Assembly (NCBI GenBank): GCA_030390025.1
Contig: CM059431.1
Location: 122,948,001 to 123,012,000 of the forward strand
Direction: 5' to 3'
DNA from: Squalus acanthias
Lineage: Eukaryota
Length of the DNA: 64,000 nt
This document shows, in pieces, positions 1 through 13,319 of this stretch. Position 1 is the stretch's first letter; each line of letters opens with the position of its first letter. The notes beneath the pieces are model-generated. The model was given only the letters and a program-made list of their open reading frames with translations, was not told where the DNA came from and searched no databases. The position numbers and the translations under genes were made by a program.

Positions 1-653
1 AACAGGGCACAAATGGCGTTGACATTGACTCCCGCCATAATCGGCGGGAGTTTTCCGACGGCGCTACAGCGTTGCGCCCCGATTTCCTTCGCCCGCAGAT
101 CATGATATCATCGGCTGCGCATCGCCCCAGACCTGAAATTGACATTTGCCCCCTGCAGCAACGCCGGTCGAAAACACCGACAGTTGCAGGAGGTGTGCAT
201 CGAGTGACTGGTAGCTTCAGAGGCGATAATCAAAGGCGAGGTGGCCGAGTTAAGTAAAAAAAGACTTACCTTTCCTGTTGGTGTTTTTTTCGCGGATTCC
301 AGCACGCGATCAATCAGCTCGGCACTCTACTTGAGTGTCAGGCTGATCGCACTGGATCACGGCAGCCTTGGTGGTCCAGGTAGATAATTTTTCCATTGCA
401 GAGCCTGCAGTGATGGCCCTTCCCTTTGAGGGAGGGAGGGAGCCTTTGAACGTAGCAGAGCTGAAGTCTCCTCCCTGATATTTGGGATTAGCACTCCAAG
501 AAGGAAGTGTTGCACTTGATTTAGCGCTCTACCTCCCTCTTGGTGCGCTAAAACTGAATTTCGCGGTCGCCGGCGGTAAGTCGCGCCGGGCGCTAAAGTT
601 TGCGCCCAGGCGATGGTAGCGCCCCAAAATAGTCGATACCGAATTTTTCCCCC
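1..653. mobile_element. Right part of a GC/CpG-rich non-autonomous Harbinger-type element (cut by window start)
   Basis: Ends in CCGAATTTTTCCCCC, resembling the terminus of 50522-52286. Carries repeated TAGCGC/GCGCTA subterminal motifs. Sequence turns abruptly AT-rich after 653. Confidence 0.6.
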
Positions 654-1199
654 ATTCTGTCCTTATTTTTATATAACACTTTGATTTTATATTATTCATA
701 GCAAACTGACAAAACCTACAGCAATTTAGGAAATAGAATTTGTTTGGAAGATAGGAGTTTCTTTATAATGCAGGCTGCATGACAAGTTTACTTAATGTGT
801 TTCCATTAGAAATATGGATGTAGAAATTTATAGGGTTTTGTAGACAGGAAGTCATGCGTTCAAGGATATTAATGTATAATCGATTTCTTGTTTGGATCCT
901 GGGGTTTTCCTTTAAATAAATTCGACACACACTGTCACTGGTATGCTGTCAGTATACCAGTTAATAGTCTTAATTCTGTTCGAGAATTTTGAAGGTGTAG
1001 GAGCTTTGCTGCGATACAGTGCCAGCCTAGTTATTACTGGGGAACGTGTATCATACTAAAAATATATTTAATGGAAAAAAATCACTCATGCAATTGGAAT
1101 TAAAAATGTATTCTATTAAAAGAAACCAACTGCTTGGTAATTTTTGTTTCATAGAATCATAGAAAGTTACAGCACGGAAGGAGGCCATTTTGGCCATCG

Positions 1200-4102
1200 T
1201 GTCTGCGCTGGCCAACAAAGAGCTATCCAGCCTAATCCACTTCCCAGCTCTTGGTCTGTAGCCCTGCAGGTTACAGCATCCTAAGTGCACATCCAAGTAC
1301 TTTTTAAATGTGGTTAGGGTTTCTGCCTCTACCACCCTTTCAGGCAGTGTGTTCCAGACTCCCACAACCCTCTGGGTGAAGAAATTTCCCCTCAAATCCC
1401 CTCTAAACCTTCCACCAATTGCTTTAAATCTGTGCCCCCTGGTTTTTGACCCCTCTGCTAAGGGAAATAGCTCCTTTCTATCCACTTTATCTATGCCCCT
1501 CATAATTTTATGCACTTCAATAAGGTCTCCCCTCAGCCTCCCCTGTTCCAAGGAAAACAAATCCAGCCTATCCAGTCTTTCCTCATAGCTAAGATTCTCT
1601 ACTCCTGGCAATATCCTTGTAAATCTCCTCTGTACCCTCTCTAGTGCAATCACATCTTTCCTATAATGTGGTGACCAGAACTGCACGCAGTACTCTAGCT
1701 GAGGCCTAACTAGTGTTTTATACAGTTCAAGCATAACCCCCCTGCTCTTGTATTCTATGCCACGGCTAATAAAGGCAAGCATTCCGTATGCCTTCTTAAC
1801 CACCTTATCTACCTGGCCTGCTACCTTCAGGGATCTGTGGACATGCACTCCAAGGTCCCTTTGTTCCTCTACTCAGTGTCCTACCATTTAATGTGTATTC
1901 CCTTTCCTTGTTAGCCCTCCCCAAATGCATTACCTCACACTTCTCCGGATTGAATTCCATTTGCCACTGTTCTGCCCACCTGACCAATTTATTGATATCT
2001 CCCTGCAGTCTACAGCTTCCTTCTTCAGTATCAACCACATAGCCGATTTTAGTATCATCTGCAAACTTCTTAATCATACCCCCTATATTCAAGTCTAGAT
2101 CATTGATATATACCACAAAAAACAAGGGACCTAGTACTGAGCCCTGCGGAATCCCACTGGAAACAGCCTTCCAGTCACAAAAACACCCATCAACCATTAC
2201 CCTCTGCTTCCTGCCTCCGAGCCAGTTTTGAATCCAATTTGGCACTTTGCCCTGGATCCCATGGGCTTTTAACTTTGTGACCAGTCTGCCATGTGGAACT
2301 TTATCAAAAGCCTTGCTAAAGTCCATATACACTACATCAAATGCAGTACCCTCATCTACCCTCCTTGTTACCTCCTCAAAAAATTCAATCAAGTTTGTCA
2401 GACACGACCTTCCCTTAACAAATCCGTGCTGGCTATCCTTGATTAATCCATGTCTTTCTAAATGAAGATTTATCCTGTCCTTCAGAATTCTTTCCAATAA
2501 TTTTCCCACCACCGAGGTTAGGCTGACTGGCCTGTAATTACTCGGTCTATCCTTTTCTCCCTTTTTAAACAAGGGTACCACATTAGCAGTCCTCCAGTCC
2601 TCCGGCACCACACCTGAAGCCAGAGAGGATTGGAAAATGATGGTCGGGCCTCTGCTATTTCCTCTTTTGCTTCGCTTAACAGCCTGGGATACATTTCATT
2701 GGGGCCTGGGGATTTATCCACTTTTAAAGCTGCTTAATACTTCCTCTCTCACTATGTTTATTTCATCTAATATTTCACACTCCTCCTCCCTGATAGCAAT
2801 GTCTGCTTTGCCCCTCTCCTTTGTGAAAACAGATGCAAAGTATTCATTAAGAACCCTACTGATGTCTCCCGCCTCCACACACAGATTATCCTCATGATCT
2901 CTAATAGGCCCAACCCTTTCTTTAGTTATCCTCTTACTCTTAATATATTTATAAAACATCTTTGGGTTTTCCTTGATTTTACTTGCCAAGAATTTTTCAT
3001 GCTCCCTCTTTGCTTTCCTAATATCCTTTTTAATTGCACCCCTGCAGTGTCTGTACTCCTCTAAAGATTTTGGAGTATTTAGCCCTCGGTGTCTGTCATA
3101 TGCCTCCCTTTTTTCTTTATCCTACCCTGTATGTCCCTAGACCTCCAGGGGCTCTAGATTTGTTAGTCCCACCTTTTTTCTTTAAGGGTACATATTTGGT
3201 CTGAACCCTCCGGATCTCCTCCTTGAATGCCTCTCACTGCTCTGACACTGATTTACCTTCAAGTAGCTGTTTCCAGTCCACTATGGCTAAATTCCCTCTG
3301 AGCTTAACAAAATTTGCTTTTCCCCAATTTAGAATTTTTATTCCTGGTCTATCCTTATTGTTTGCCATAACTACCTTAAATCTAACTGAATTATGGTCAC
3401 TAGCACCAAAATGCTCCCCCACTGATACGCCTTCTACCTGCCCAGCTTCATTCCCTAAAACTAAGTCCAGAACCGCCCCCTCCCTTGTTGGGCTTGCTAC
3501 ATACTGGCTGAAAAATTCTCCTGGATGCATTTTAGGAATTCCGCACCCTCGATACCTTTCACACTAATTTTATCCCAGTTAATATTGGAGTAGTTGAAAT
3601 CCCCTACTATTACTGCTCTATAGTTTTTGCACTTCTCAGAAATGTGTCGACATATTTGCTCTTCTATCTCCCTCTCACTGTTTGGGGGTCTGTAGTACAC
3701 TCCCAGCAGTGTGATCGCCCCTTTTTTGTTTTTCAATTCGACCCATATGGCCTCGTTTGATGATCCCTCCAACATATCATCCCTCCTCACAGCTGTAATT
3801 GTTTCTTTAATCAATACCGTGACCCCCCCTTCATTTTTCCCTCCCTCTCTATCCCGTCTGAAAATACTGCAACCAGGAATGTTGAGCTGCCATACCTGCC
3901 CCTCTTTCAGCCATGTCTCTGTAATAGCTATATTATCATAGTCCCAAGTATCTACCTGTGCCCTCAGCTCATCTGCCTTGTTTGCTATACTCCTTGCATT
4001 GAAGTATATGCCATTTAGTACAGGCAAACCTCCTTGTTGACTACTATCTAGCCCTTGATTCCTCTGTCCTTCCAATTTACTTTCTACGTTTTTGTTTTCC
4101 AA
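1200..4102 (-). pseudogene. CR1 ORF2 (APE endonuclease + reverse transcriptase), frameshifted into several pieces
   Basis: Motifs NARSI, ITETW, VYYRPP, VGDFN, NYRPVSLTS, YMDFSKAFDKVPH, PQGSVLGP, FADDTK, LVRPQLEYCVQFWSP in ORFs 3497-4102, 3234-3530, 2714-2989, 2518-2721, 1805-2611, 1051-1848. Confidence 0.93.
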
Positions 4103-4326
4103 TTCCAGTTTTTCTTCCCTCCCTACTGACTCGATTCTTAGGTTTCCATCCCCCTGCCAAGCTAGTTTAAGCCCTCCCCAACAGCACTAGCAAACCCTCC
4201 CGCAAGGCTATTGGTCCCATTCCCGTTGAGGCACAAACCGTCTGGCTTGTAGAGGTCCCACCTCCCCCAGAAACGGTTCCAATTCCTCAGGAATCTAAAG
4301 CCCTCCCTCCTACACCATCTCTCCAG

Positions 4327-4985
4327 TCATGCATTCATCTGCTCTATCTTCCTATTTCTGTACTCACTAGCACATGGCACTGGTAGTAATCCGGAGATTA
4401 CTACCTTTGAGGTTCCTATTTTTAACCTCTTTCCTAGCTCCCTAAACTCTGCCTGCAGGATCTCATCCCTCTTCCTACCTATGTCGTTGGTACCGATATG
4501 GACCATGACCTCTGGCTGTTCACCCTCCTCCCTCAGAATGCCCTGCAGCTGATCGGTGACATCCTTGACCCTGGAACCAGAGAGGCAACATACCATCCTG
4601 GAGTCACGTCTGCGGCCGCAGAAACGCCTGTCTGCTCCCCTAACTATTGAATCCCCTATCACTATTCATCTCCCTCTCCTCTTCCCCCCACCCCCACCTG
4701 TGCAGCTGAGCCTTCCATGGTGCTGTGGACTTGGCTCTGGCTGCACTCCCCAGAGGAACCATCGCCCTCACCACTACTCAGCACCGAATACTGGTTGGTG
4801 AGCAAGATGGGCTCAGGGGACTCCTGCACTACCTGCCTGGTCCTCCTCTTCTATCTGACAGTCACCCATTCCCTCTCTGCCTGCACACTCTTAAGCTGCG
4901 GGATGACCACCTCCCAAAACGTGCTATCCACATAGCTCTCAGACTCGCGGATGCAAAGCAGTGACTGCAGCCGCCGCTCAAGCTC
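4327..4985 (-). pseudogene. CR1 ORF1 with SGNH/GDSL esterase domain (fragment)
   Basis: IGDSIVRG...VCCLSG...VHIGTND...VISGLLPVP in ORF 4327-4662, directly upstream of ORF2. Confidence 0.85.
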
Positions 4986-5519
4986 CATTTAGCTTCTGAT
5001 GGGGGTGCTGGATAAAGAAAACTTATTGGAAGAGACCTCTGTTGAACACATTATAAAAATATGAAAATTTTTATTCCCTGCTGGAGACACATTCCCAATT
5101 ATCTTTTCCAGCTCCTGTCTACCTTAATTTCTGTCTACCTTAATTTCCAGTGATGTTAACTTGTGATGAACAGTTGCTGATCAATTTATATCAATACTAT
5201 CGTGCATCGTCATGTACATGTATATAGTGAAATGCAGAGATGAGCTTTTGAAATCTTACATTTGAAAATAGCAAGATATTCCAGAGGGGTCATAGTGTCA
5301 GGATAGCCTGATGTAACACAACACATGTTTCATCCAGCACCATTCAAAAGGCTACAATATTTAAACAGACTGAGAAAATTTAGATTTTGCTTCTGGGTGA
5401 TAAAATGGCTGAAATATTAGAAGTAGCACCAGCTTTATTAGGATTAGAAAGTTTTTTATTTTTTAATGTCTTACCTCCCTGGACCTCTATTTAAACTCAA
5501 GGGACTCTGCAAATCTATT

Positions 5520-6269
5520 GGGCCAGAAATTTGTGTTGGGGGCTTCCTGTGGGTGCAAGCCCCCGACCTGCATTTGGATACCGCGCCTGCCGTTGTGCTG
5601 TGGGCCCAGTGGAATTCGGCTCCTGGGCCTCCTACAGCTGCCGGCGCGCAGTGCTCGCGTATCCCAGTGACGCAACTAGTTCGAAGCGTCCCCTGGGATC
5701 ACGTAGGCCATGGAGAGCCAATCGGGCAGAGAATCTTCATTCATAGATTTGACAGGAAGACTTTTCAAATCTATGAATAGAGATCGGCGCCAAAACCTCA
5801 CTAAAACTTCAAATAATTTTTTTTTTAAAATCACATTCTTAAAATAACTATAAATTACATAAATTAACTACTTTAAACAAAAATGTAAATTTTTGAAAAA
5901 ATTAATTACACTTTTTAACGGTGCTAACAATAAACTTACCTTTCTTTAAAGTATGTAAAAAAGATAAACCTGTGGAAAAAATGTTTAAATTGTACTTAAT
6001 TCACCACTTACCTTGTTAAAAGCAGGCCTTGTGCCTCCTTTTTCCCCGCGCAGCTTCTCCGTACTTACCCTCACGGAGAAACCTATAAAAAAAAACGAAG
6101 TTCGAGGTCTACGCGCTGCCTCTCCGGCGCACGCGTTCGACCTCTGAACCCCTTCCTTCAGGGGAACAGAAGTTCCCGTTTCCGGCGCATGCGCACTGCA
6201 TGCGCGAAACCGGCACTTTCGTTGGGTCTATGGGTGAGTATCCAGCGTGTAGACCCGAATTTCTGGCCC
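5520..6269. mobile_element. 750-bp MITE with GGGCCAGAAATT TIRs (Harbinger-type)
   Basis: Perfect 12-bp TIR GGGCCAGAAATT/AATTTCTGGCCC. GC-rich ends and AT-rich core. A second copy lies in opposite orientation at 61690-62439. Confidence 0.85.
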
Positions 6270-6599
6270 AAAGTGTTGGAAGGAAGTGAAGAATAAGCTT
6301 GACAAATGTCAATTCTGTCAGCACAATTTAAGCTGCAATTGCATTCACCAATTCAAGTTCTATAATAATGTCATTAAAAGATACCACAACTGTTATGCAT
6401 GGGTTGAAGGAACAGCATCCCTACGAGACTTAGAATGGCTTTTCCGTGACCCTGCATGTCACTGCGTACTTGCTATTATAACAATTAGTATGCATTAGAA
6501 TTAAAGTAGTTGCTCATTTTAAGAAAGGCATGGATGATTTCCGAATGATTCTAAGGACCTGAGAATGCTGCTTTAAATATGACATAGCTACAACATCAT

Positions 6600-6925
6600 T
6601 TTCTTTATTCCCTTCCAACTTTTCCACTTCTCACTTGCAGTTGAAGACTCATGCTGGGGTGTTTTTTTTTATCCATTCTTTGTACAGTGTTGTCAGGCTA
6701 TTCAACTGTGGGCCCATTATAGCTGAGCCCATCCTGTCCTTATTCAATTTTTACATGTCCAATTTTACAGTCAGAGTAACTGGATAGAGAGGAGGAATGC
6801 CAACTGGGTGATTGTCTGTCATCCTAGCCCAGGGATACTGTGATTAATTGAAGTGCTCCTACTGCTACTCTAGCTGAAGAAAAAGTAAACTTTAAGAATA
6901 GGATATAATTCCTGCCACCTATATG
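6600..6925 (-). mobile_element. Old SINE-like interspersed repeat (same family as 31490-31895)
   Basis: Patchy similarity to 31490-31830 (acagtg..aggctatt..gagYccaKYc..cctagYcYggg). Confidence 0.4.
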
Positions 6926-8679
6926 AATTCAGCAATTCTATTCATCTGTTACAATTGATTTTTGGTGTTGCATTTACATTGCTCTGATAGGAAATGCAAC
7001 TAAAACTGAGGCATAGATCTGCTGCCACACTACCACACTTCACTGTGCTGGTAAGAGTGAGATCTCCATAAGTTTATGATCTCTCATTCCATTAGCATTC
7101 TGTCAATGTTTGTCTAACATCAGGAGCTTTCATAATGCCCCAGAATCTGTGGCCACTTTACCATTATCTACAAATGTGAGCTTGAGTCCTTGGATTCCAG
7201 AATTACTATAGTATGTTCTATTTTAATTGGCCAGGTAATATTGGTTGGAAATTCTGGATATTCTAACTCCTTCGAAAAGTCACAGCATATTAGTATGGCC
7301 ATTGCACATATACATGCATGTGTGTGGAATCATGGCCTTTGGCACTGTGTACTCCATCTTCACTTGGCTGTGCCTGCATGCTAGTGGTAGTGGTGTTCTG
7401 AGATTCAGAGGAAGGTTTGTACAGTAAATAAAATGCTCCCAGCACCACCAAAGCCACAACAATGGAATCAAAACAAAACAACTATAATGGCACCATTACA
7501 GTTCTAGTAACTGTATTTCTGTAGCCTACTGTGTTAAACTGAACTAATAAATACAGATTGTACTCCCAATTAGTGGTCAACAATGAATTTCAGCAAATCT
7601 TTTTCTTTTTGTTTATGCTTCACAGAGCAAAAAGTCCTGTTGCCATCATGATTTACTATTAGTGATAAAGTATGGTGTGGGATAAGGAACTAGCAGTAAA
7701 GTAGTTTTAGTCTCTCTACCTATAAATATAAATATAATGAAATATAAATATAATTAAATATAAATAATTATTACTTCAAAAGTATGGAAATATAAATAAT
7801 ATAGCCACAATTCCCACACTGCATGTAATACTAATATCAAGGTAATTTGAAATTATGATACGGGTGAATATACTGCACTCTACAATTCTGCAATGACAAA
7901 ATATCTGGCAAATTCAAGCAAAATCTTTATTTTTTTTTTAAGAAGGACGTGTTTTTTGTACAATGGAAACAGAAGGTAAAGGTAACTGCTGGAAATGACT
8001 TATTTAGACACTGACAGGTAGTCATAAGATCATAGTAATCTGTCAGCTGTTGTAGCTTATCAAGTGTAAAACACAGCAGTCTATCAGCCAAGGTTTATTT
8101 ATTCACATCATTTTACTGGTTCATACCAGTAGGAATCACTACAGAAAGCATCTCTGTTGATGATCTCCAACAAATGAATACTGTATGACCTGACAATTAA
8201 CAAACTTCGACATAAATCAATGGTATTTTTAACCTAACATTTTCTCAATTTATACCAAAAGGAAGCATTGACAAGAAGACTGACGTGGACGTAGTGAGGG
8301 TGAAACCTGACATTGTAGATCCCATTTACTTTCCCTGTAATATTCCATAATTTCCTCTCTATCTTCTGCTTTTAGTATGTAACTTAATCCAAGTCAATAT
8401 TCTAACAATTTAGAGGTTTACTTGTGAAAATTCAATGTAGGGTATCCTCAGGTATTTTTCAGGGTTGTTGCCTGTTACCACGCAGCATAGTAGAATGTAG
8501 TTGGTTAGTCAATGCAGTGGGCTATTTGTCACGAGGCAGATAGTTCATTAAGATTTTGATATGAGTTGAACAAAAGGGATGTAGTGTCAGTTGAAGAAGA
8601 AGCTACCTTAGATTGCTGTAACATACCTATTAGTGGCTGGTGCAGAGCAAAGTTGGCACAGGCATGAGTGCAGGTTAAT

Positions 8680-11600
8680 TGCCTGCATTCTCAGGTGAAT
8701 GTTGATTGATAGCCCTGATACAGTAGTTTGTAAAGTAAAGCATGTTTAAGGTTGGTACAAAGGAATGGATTGTGTACTGTGCCAAATCACTCACATTGTG
8801 CAGGGATATGAACCTGCACTCTGTGCCAATACACGGCCTGTGAGTTGTCTCGAATGTGTTTAGTTGCCACGTAGACACTTAGATCATCAAATCAGTATGT
8901 CAGACGTCTGAAACATCGTGCATCTTCTGTTCTCCCTCTTTTTTATCCTTGTTTTCAGTTTGTCTGAGTTGTGACATGAGGCTTTACATAACTTTGGCTA
9001 TACGTTTAGTCCACCACTGGACTTCTTACTTTCTTCTCTCCCTTCACCACAACCCAAATGTTGTCCCTTTTTTATGTCAGATACTCAAGAACTGGAACCT
9101 GCCCAACCAGTGGAGGAAGAGCCAGAAGAAAGTGAAGATGAATAGACACTGTCACTCAATTTCACAGTCGCAGCCACCAGCTCAGATACTGACACTGCAC
9201 TGCACGTAATTTAGAGGGTAGCATAGAGGCGGGATCTGCACGTGGTGAGACACTGGACACAAGTGCGCTGGAACCAGGGCTGGGGGAAAGGATAGCTCAG
9301 GTGCCAGCTCGCCGGCTGCAGAGGACTCAGATGAGGACTTCAATGGGCCAGGCTACAGAAGAAGGCTGATGGATGTACACACCCAAATTCTTGGTGCACT
9401 GGAAAGCCTTCTAGAAAGCCTGCATTCAATGTCAAGAAGCATGGAGGAGTCCAGCACCAACATGACACAGGGCTTTTGCATAGCGCTTGGAGCCCATCCT
9501 TTCCAACATGGAACGGGTGGCCACTTCCATCAACACACCTGTGAAGCCAACCATGATGCAACGTCTGATGGTCGATGTCTCAGCGTCCATTGCAGCGCAA
9601 GCAGCATCAACCCAATGTCTGAGTGCTGCAGCGGAAACTCAGACTGCTGTATGGAAGCTCCGACTGCTGCCATCATGACTCAGGGTATCAGTGTGCAAAG
9701 GGGATTCCAGGGTGTCACAGCACTCCAGCAATCTGTTCTCCAACAGAGTACTAGGATTGCTGAGATGCTGCCCTGGGAGAGTGGCAGTACGAACCTGCTG
9801 CCCTCTCTCAGAATGAGAGCATTCGTGCTCCCACCCCTGCCACTCCGCCAGTGCCCTTGTTGTTGCCTGTCAGCCAGCCAGCCCAGAATGCTACAGCCCA
9901 GGCCGAGATGGTGCAGTCTGCAGCTGGGCCTTCTAGGCCCAGATCTGCTCGAGGTCGCTCTCCAAGGTCATCTGCAGTCTCCTCCACTGAAAGCCAGCAG
10001 CCTTCCACCAGCCATGCAGTAGCCATCGGGGAAGCACCTCGCAGGAGCACTAGGACAGGCAAAGGTACACGGAAGAGGCATTAAGAGAGTGCACAAGGGC
10101 GAGTAGTTTATTTTTGTATGCAGTATGGCATGATTTAATTTATAAATTTGGATTGGAATGTATTTTGTATTGGCTTTTATTTTTGCATTGTGGGAAAGAG
10201 GACAATGGGCTGGTCAGTGCCAGAGGAAAGCTAAGGAGTGTGGGACTGTTGGTGAATGGGGAATTGGGGTTTAAATTACTGATGTCACTCATGGATTATT
10301 TTTTCACGTAGAGCCCGGGCAGAAAGGGGCTGCCTAGGTTGCAGTTTCCCTTCCTCTTCCTCCTCTGCCTCCTCCTCCTCAGCTTCTCGCATGATAGATG
10401 GTGGCAAGGGCTGTTCCCTCATGATGGCCAGGTTGCAGCGTTCAGCATACCATGACAAATCTTGAGACCCACTGAGGCGAGTGCTGCAGGGCTCCCCCAG
10501 AGCGGTCCAGGCAGCGGATGGGTTACTTTAGGATGTCAATGGTCTGCTCGGCAAGATTTCTTGTGGCAGCATGTTTTGTTGTATGCCTGCTGTGCATGTG
10601 TGCATGGGTTCCATGTCATGAGTCATGAGCCATGTCATGTGTGGATAACATTTGACGCCCAGTAGCCACCGTTTAGTTTGCCGTGGTGGTTGAAATACAG
10701 CTGGCACAGACGACTGCCACAGAATGAACGAATCATGACTGCTGCCAGGATACCGGGCATTGACTTGCATGATGCGCTGCCTGTGGTCACACACCAGCTG
10801 CACATTGAGGGAGTTCAGGTGCATGGCTGAATTCACATGGCGCGCACGCAAAGCAATGTGCATGCAGTCAAAGGCACCCTGCACCAAGGGGAAGCCTGCA
10901 ATCCTTGGAAACCCTTGTGGTCGCTCCACCTGCTTCTCTCTGGCAAGAGGGAATGAGATGAAGTTGTCTCTCTTTGCATAGAGAGCCTCAGTGACCTCCC
11001 TTGTGCAACAGTGCACTGCAGACTGAGAGATGTTACTTATATCTCCAGCAGCAGCCTGGAAGGAGCCAGACGCATAATCATTCATAGCCACGGTCACCTT
11101 GACAGCCATTGGCAATGCGGTCCTTGCCCTGCTCTGAGGTTGGAGTTGTGGCTGCAGCAATTGACAGATTTCAGTGATGGCCTCCTTAGTGAAGCGCAGA
11201 CATCTCAAACATTGGTCAGCGCTGACCTTCAGGTACGAGAATTGCTCCCTAAACACCCTCTACAGATATGGCCTTCTGCTGAGATCCCCTCTCCCCTCCT
11301 CTACCTCCCTCTTCTAGCAACTTTTCCTGTTCTGCTTGGCCTCTGCTCATTCTCCCAGTGATGCTCAATGCCAAGAGGAAGCTCTACTAGCCCACCCATG
11401 TCTGGAAGCAACTGGTTTGAGCACCAGCACTTTACGTTACCAAAAAAGTACTTCAGCAGTCCACCCGCTGTAGACTACTGAAACTTCTAATAAGTATGGA
11501 GAAGCTCGCAAAATGCATAGAATTGCAGCAACAGCCAGAAGAAATAATTCAGCAACTAACCTGTAAGTAGTTTGTGATCCCTTTTAATAACGCTGGTAGG

Positions 11601-11909
11601 TGGTCCTTCATGCCACTTAATATTGTGTTCAGCTGTGTGAGGTTAAGAGAGGGCGTAGGTTGCAGCGTGGAGCTCCAAAATAGCAGTGCTGGCGTCAAAT
11701 CAGCATTGCATGCTGATTGACGTCATGATCTGCCTGCTCTGCATGCTGTCGGCGGTCATTAGGGGCTCGCGCGCTAACCCCTTTACAAATATGGCGTCCG
11801 GCGCACTTCCCGTCGGAAGTGTGCATGCGTGTCGCGAACGCCATTTTGGTAGTTCATGAGGCCTCGTAGCGCCCAAAAAGTGGGTGCTGCAGAGCCCAAA
11901 TTTTGCCAC
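8680..11909. mobile_element. Degenerate PIF/Harbinger transposon (Myb-partner last exon on +, transposase on -), left end lost
   Basis: Transposase remnant at ~10271-11399 (-). Partner C-terminus SAAGPSRPRSARGR...PSTS...PRRSTR at 9851-10084 (+). TIR-like AAATTTTGCCAC at 11898-11909. Confidence 0.85.
10271..11399 (-). pseudogene. Harbinger (HARBI1-like) DDE transposase pseudogene
   Basis: VKVTVAMNDYASGSFQ, GAFDCMHIA, SLNVQLVCDH, YPGSSHDSFIL in ORF 10528-11256. The GDKGY motif has decayed to GVKCY, with frameshifts downstream. Confidence 0.9.
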
Positions 11910-11996
11910 TGTAATGCTTTAGTAGAATGCAATAAAATATAATGAAAAAGCTAAGATGGTTGGTATAGCCTAATAGCCCTTGCAAACACAGTGACA

Positions 11997-13300
11997 ATAG
12001 AATCATAGAATAATACAGCACAGAATGAGGTCATTTGGCCCATTTTGCCTGTGCCGGCTCTTTGGTAGAGCTCTCCCATTAATCCCTCTCCCCTGCTCTT
12101 TCCCCATAGCTCTGTAATTTTTTTCCCTTCAAGTATTTATCCAATTCTCTTATGAATATTACTGTTGAATCTGCTTCCACCACGCTTTGAGGCAGTGCAT
12201 TCCAGATCATAATAACTCGCTGTGTAAAAAAATGTTACCTCAAGTCGCCTCCTGTTCTTTTGCCAATCACCTTAAATCTGTGTCCTTTGGTTACCGACCC
12301 TTCTGCCACTGGAAACAATTTCTTCTTATTTATCCTATCAAAACCATTCATGATTTTGAAGGCCTCTATCAAATCTCCTCTTAACCTTTTCTGTTCAAAT
12401 TTGAACAACCCCAGCTTCTCCAGTCTCTCCACATAACTGAAGTCCCTCATCCCTGGTACCCTTCTAGTAAATCTCTTCTGCACCCTCTCCAAGGCCTTGA
12501 TATCCTTCCTAAGTTTGGTGCCTAGAATTGAACACAATACTCCAGCTAAGGCCTAACTAATGTTTTATAAGCTTTAGCATAACTTCCTTGTTGTTGTACT
12601 CTATTCCTTTATTAATAAAACCATGGATCCCATATGCTTTTTTAGTAGCCTTCTCAACTTCAAAGATTTGTCGACATACACTCCCAGGTATCTCTGTTGC
12701 TGCACCTCCTTCAAAATTGTACCATTTAGTTCATCATTGCCTCTCCTCATTCTTCCTACAAAAATATATTACTTCACACATCTCTGCATTAAATGTCATC
12801 ACCATGTGTCTGCCCATTTCACTAGACTGTCTATGTCTTCCTGAAGTCTCACTGTTTACTACATTTCTGAGTTTTGTATCATCTGCAAAATTTGAATTAT
12901 GCCCTGTATACTCAAGTCCAGGTCATTAATATATATCAAAAAGAGCAGTGGTCCTAATACCAAACCCTGGGGGACACCACTGTATTCTTCCCTCCAGTCT
13001 GAAAAACAACCATTCACCACTACTCTCTGCTTCTGTCCCTTAGCCAATTTTGTATCCATGCAGCCACTGTCCCTTTAATCCCAAGGGCTTTAATTTTGCT
13101 AACAAGTCTTTATGTGGTATTTTGTCAAATGCCTTTTGAAAGTCCATATACACTACATCAACTGCACTACTCTCGACAACCCTCTCCATTACATCATCAA
13201 AGAACTCGATCAAGTTAGTCAAGCACAACTTGCCTTTAATTAATCCATGCTGATTTTCATTTATTAGCCTATATGGCATTTAATTTTGTCCCGGATTATT
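11997..13300 (-). mobile_element. CR1 LINE 3' fragment (RT to tail)
   Basis: ATAGAATCATAGA tail. [23 protein letters not shown] and ALERVQKRFT in ORFs 13040-13279, 12859-13059, 12235-12537. Confidence 0.92.
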
Positions 13301-13319
13301 TTCTCTAAAAGCAATAAAA

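Larger units (their letters stand above)
1149..4987 (-). mobile_element. CR1-clade LINE, near full length, degenerate
   Basis: (TTCTATGA)n-type tail at ~1149-1163. Minus-strand ORF pieces cover ORF1 esterase, APE endonuclease, RT and the C-terminal domain. Confidence 0.95.

Noticed and set aside
8260..8400. Possible minus-strand exon
   Set aside because: No polypyrimidine tract, weak donor and no recognisable peptide.
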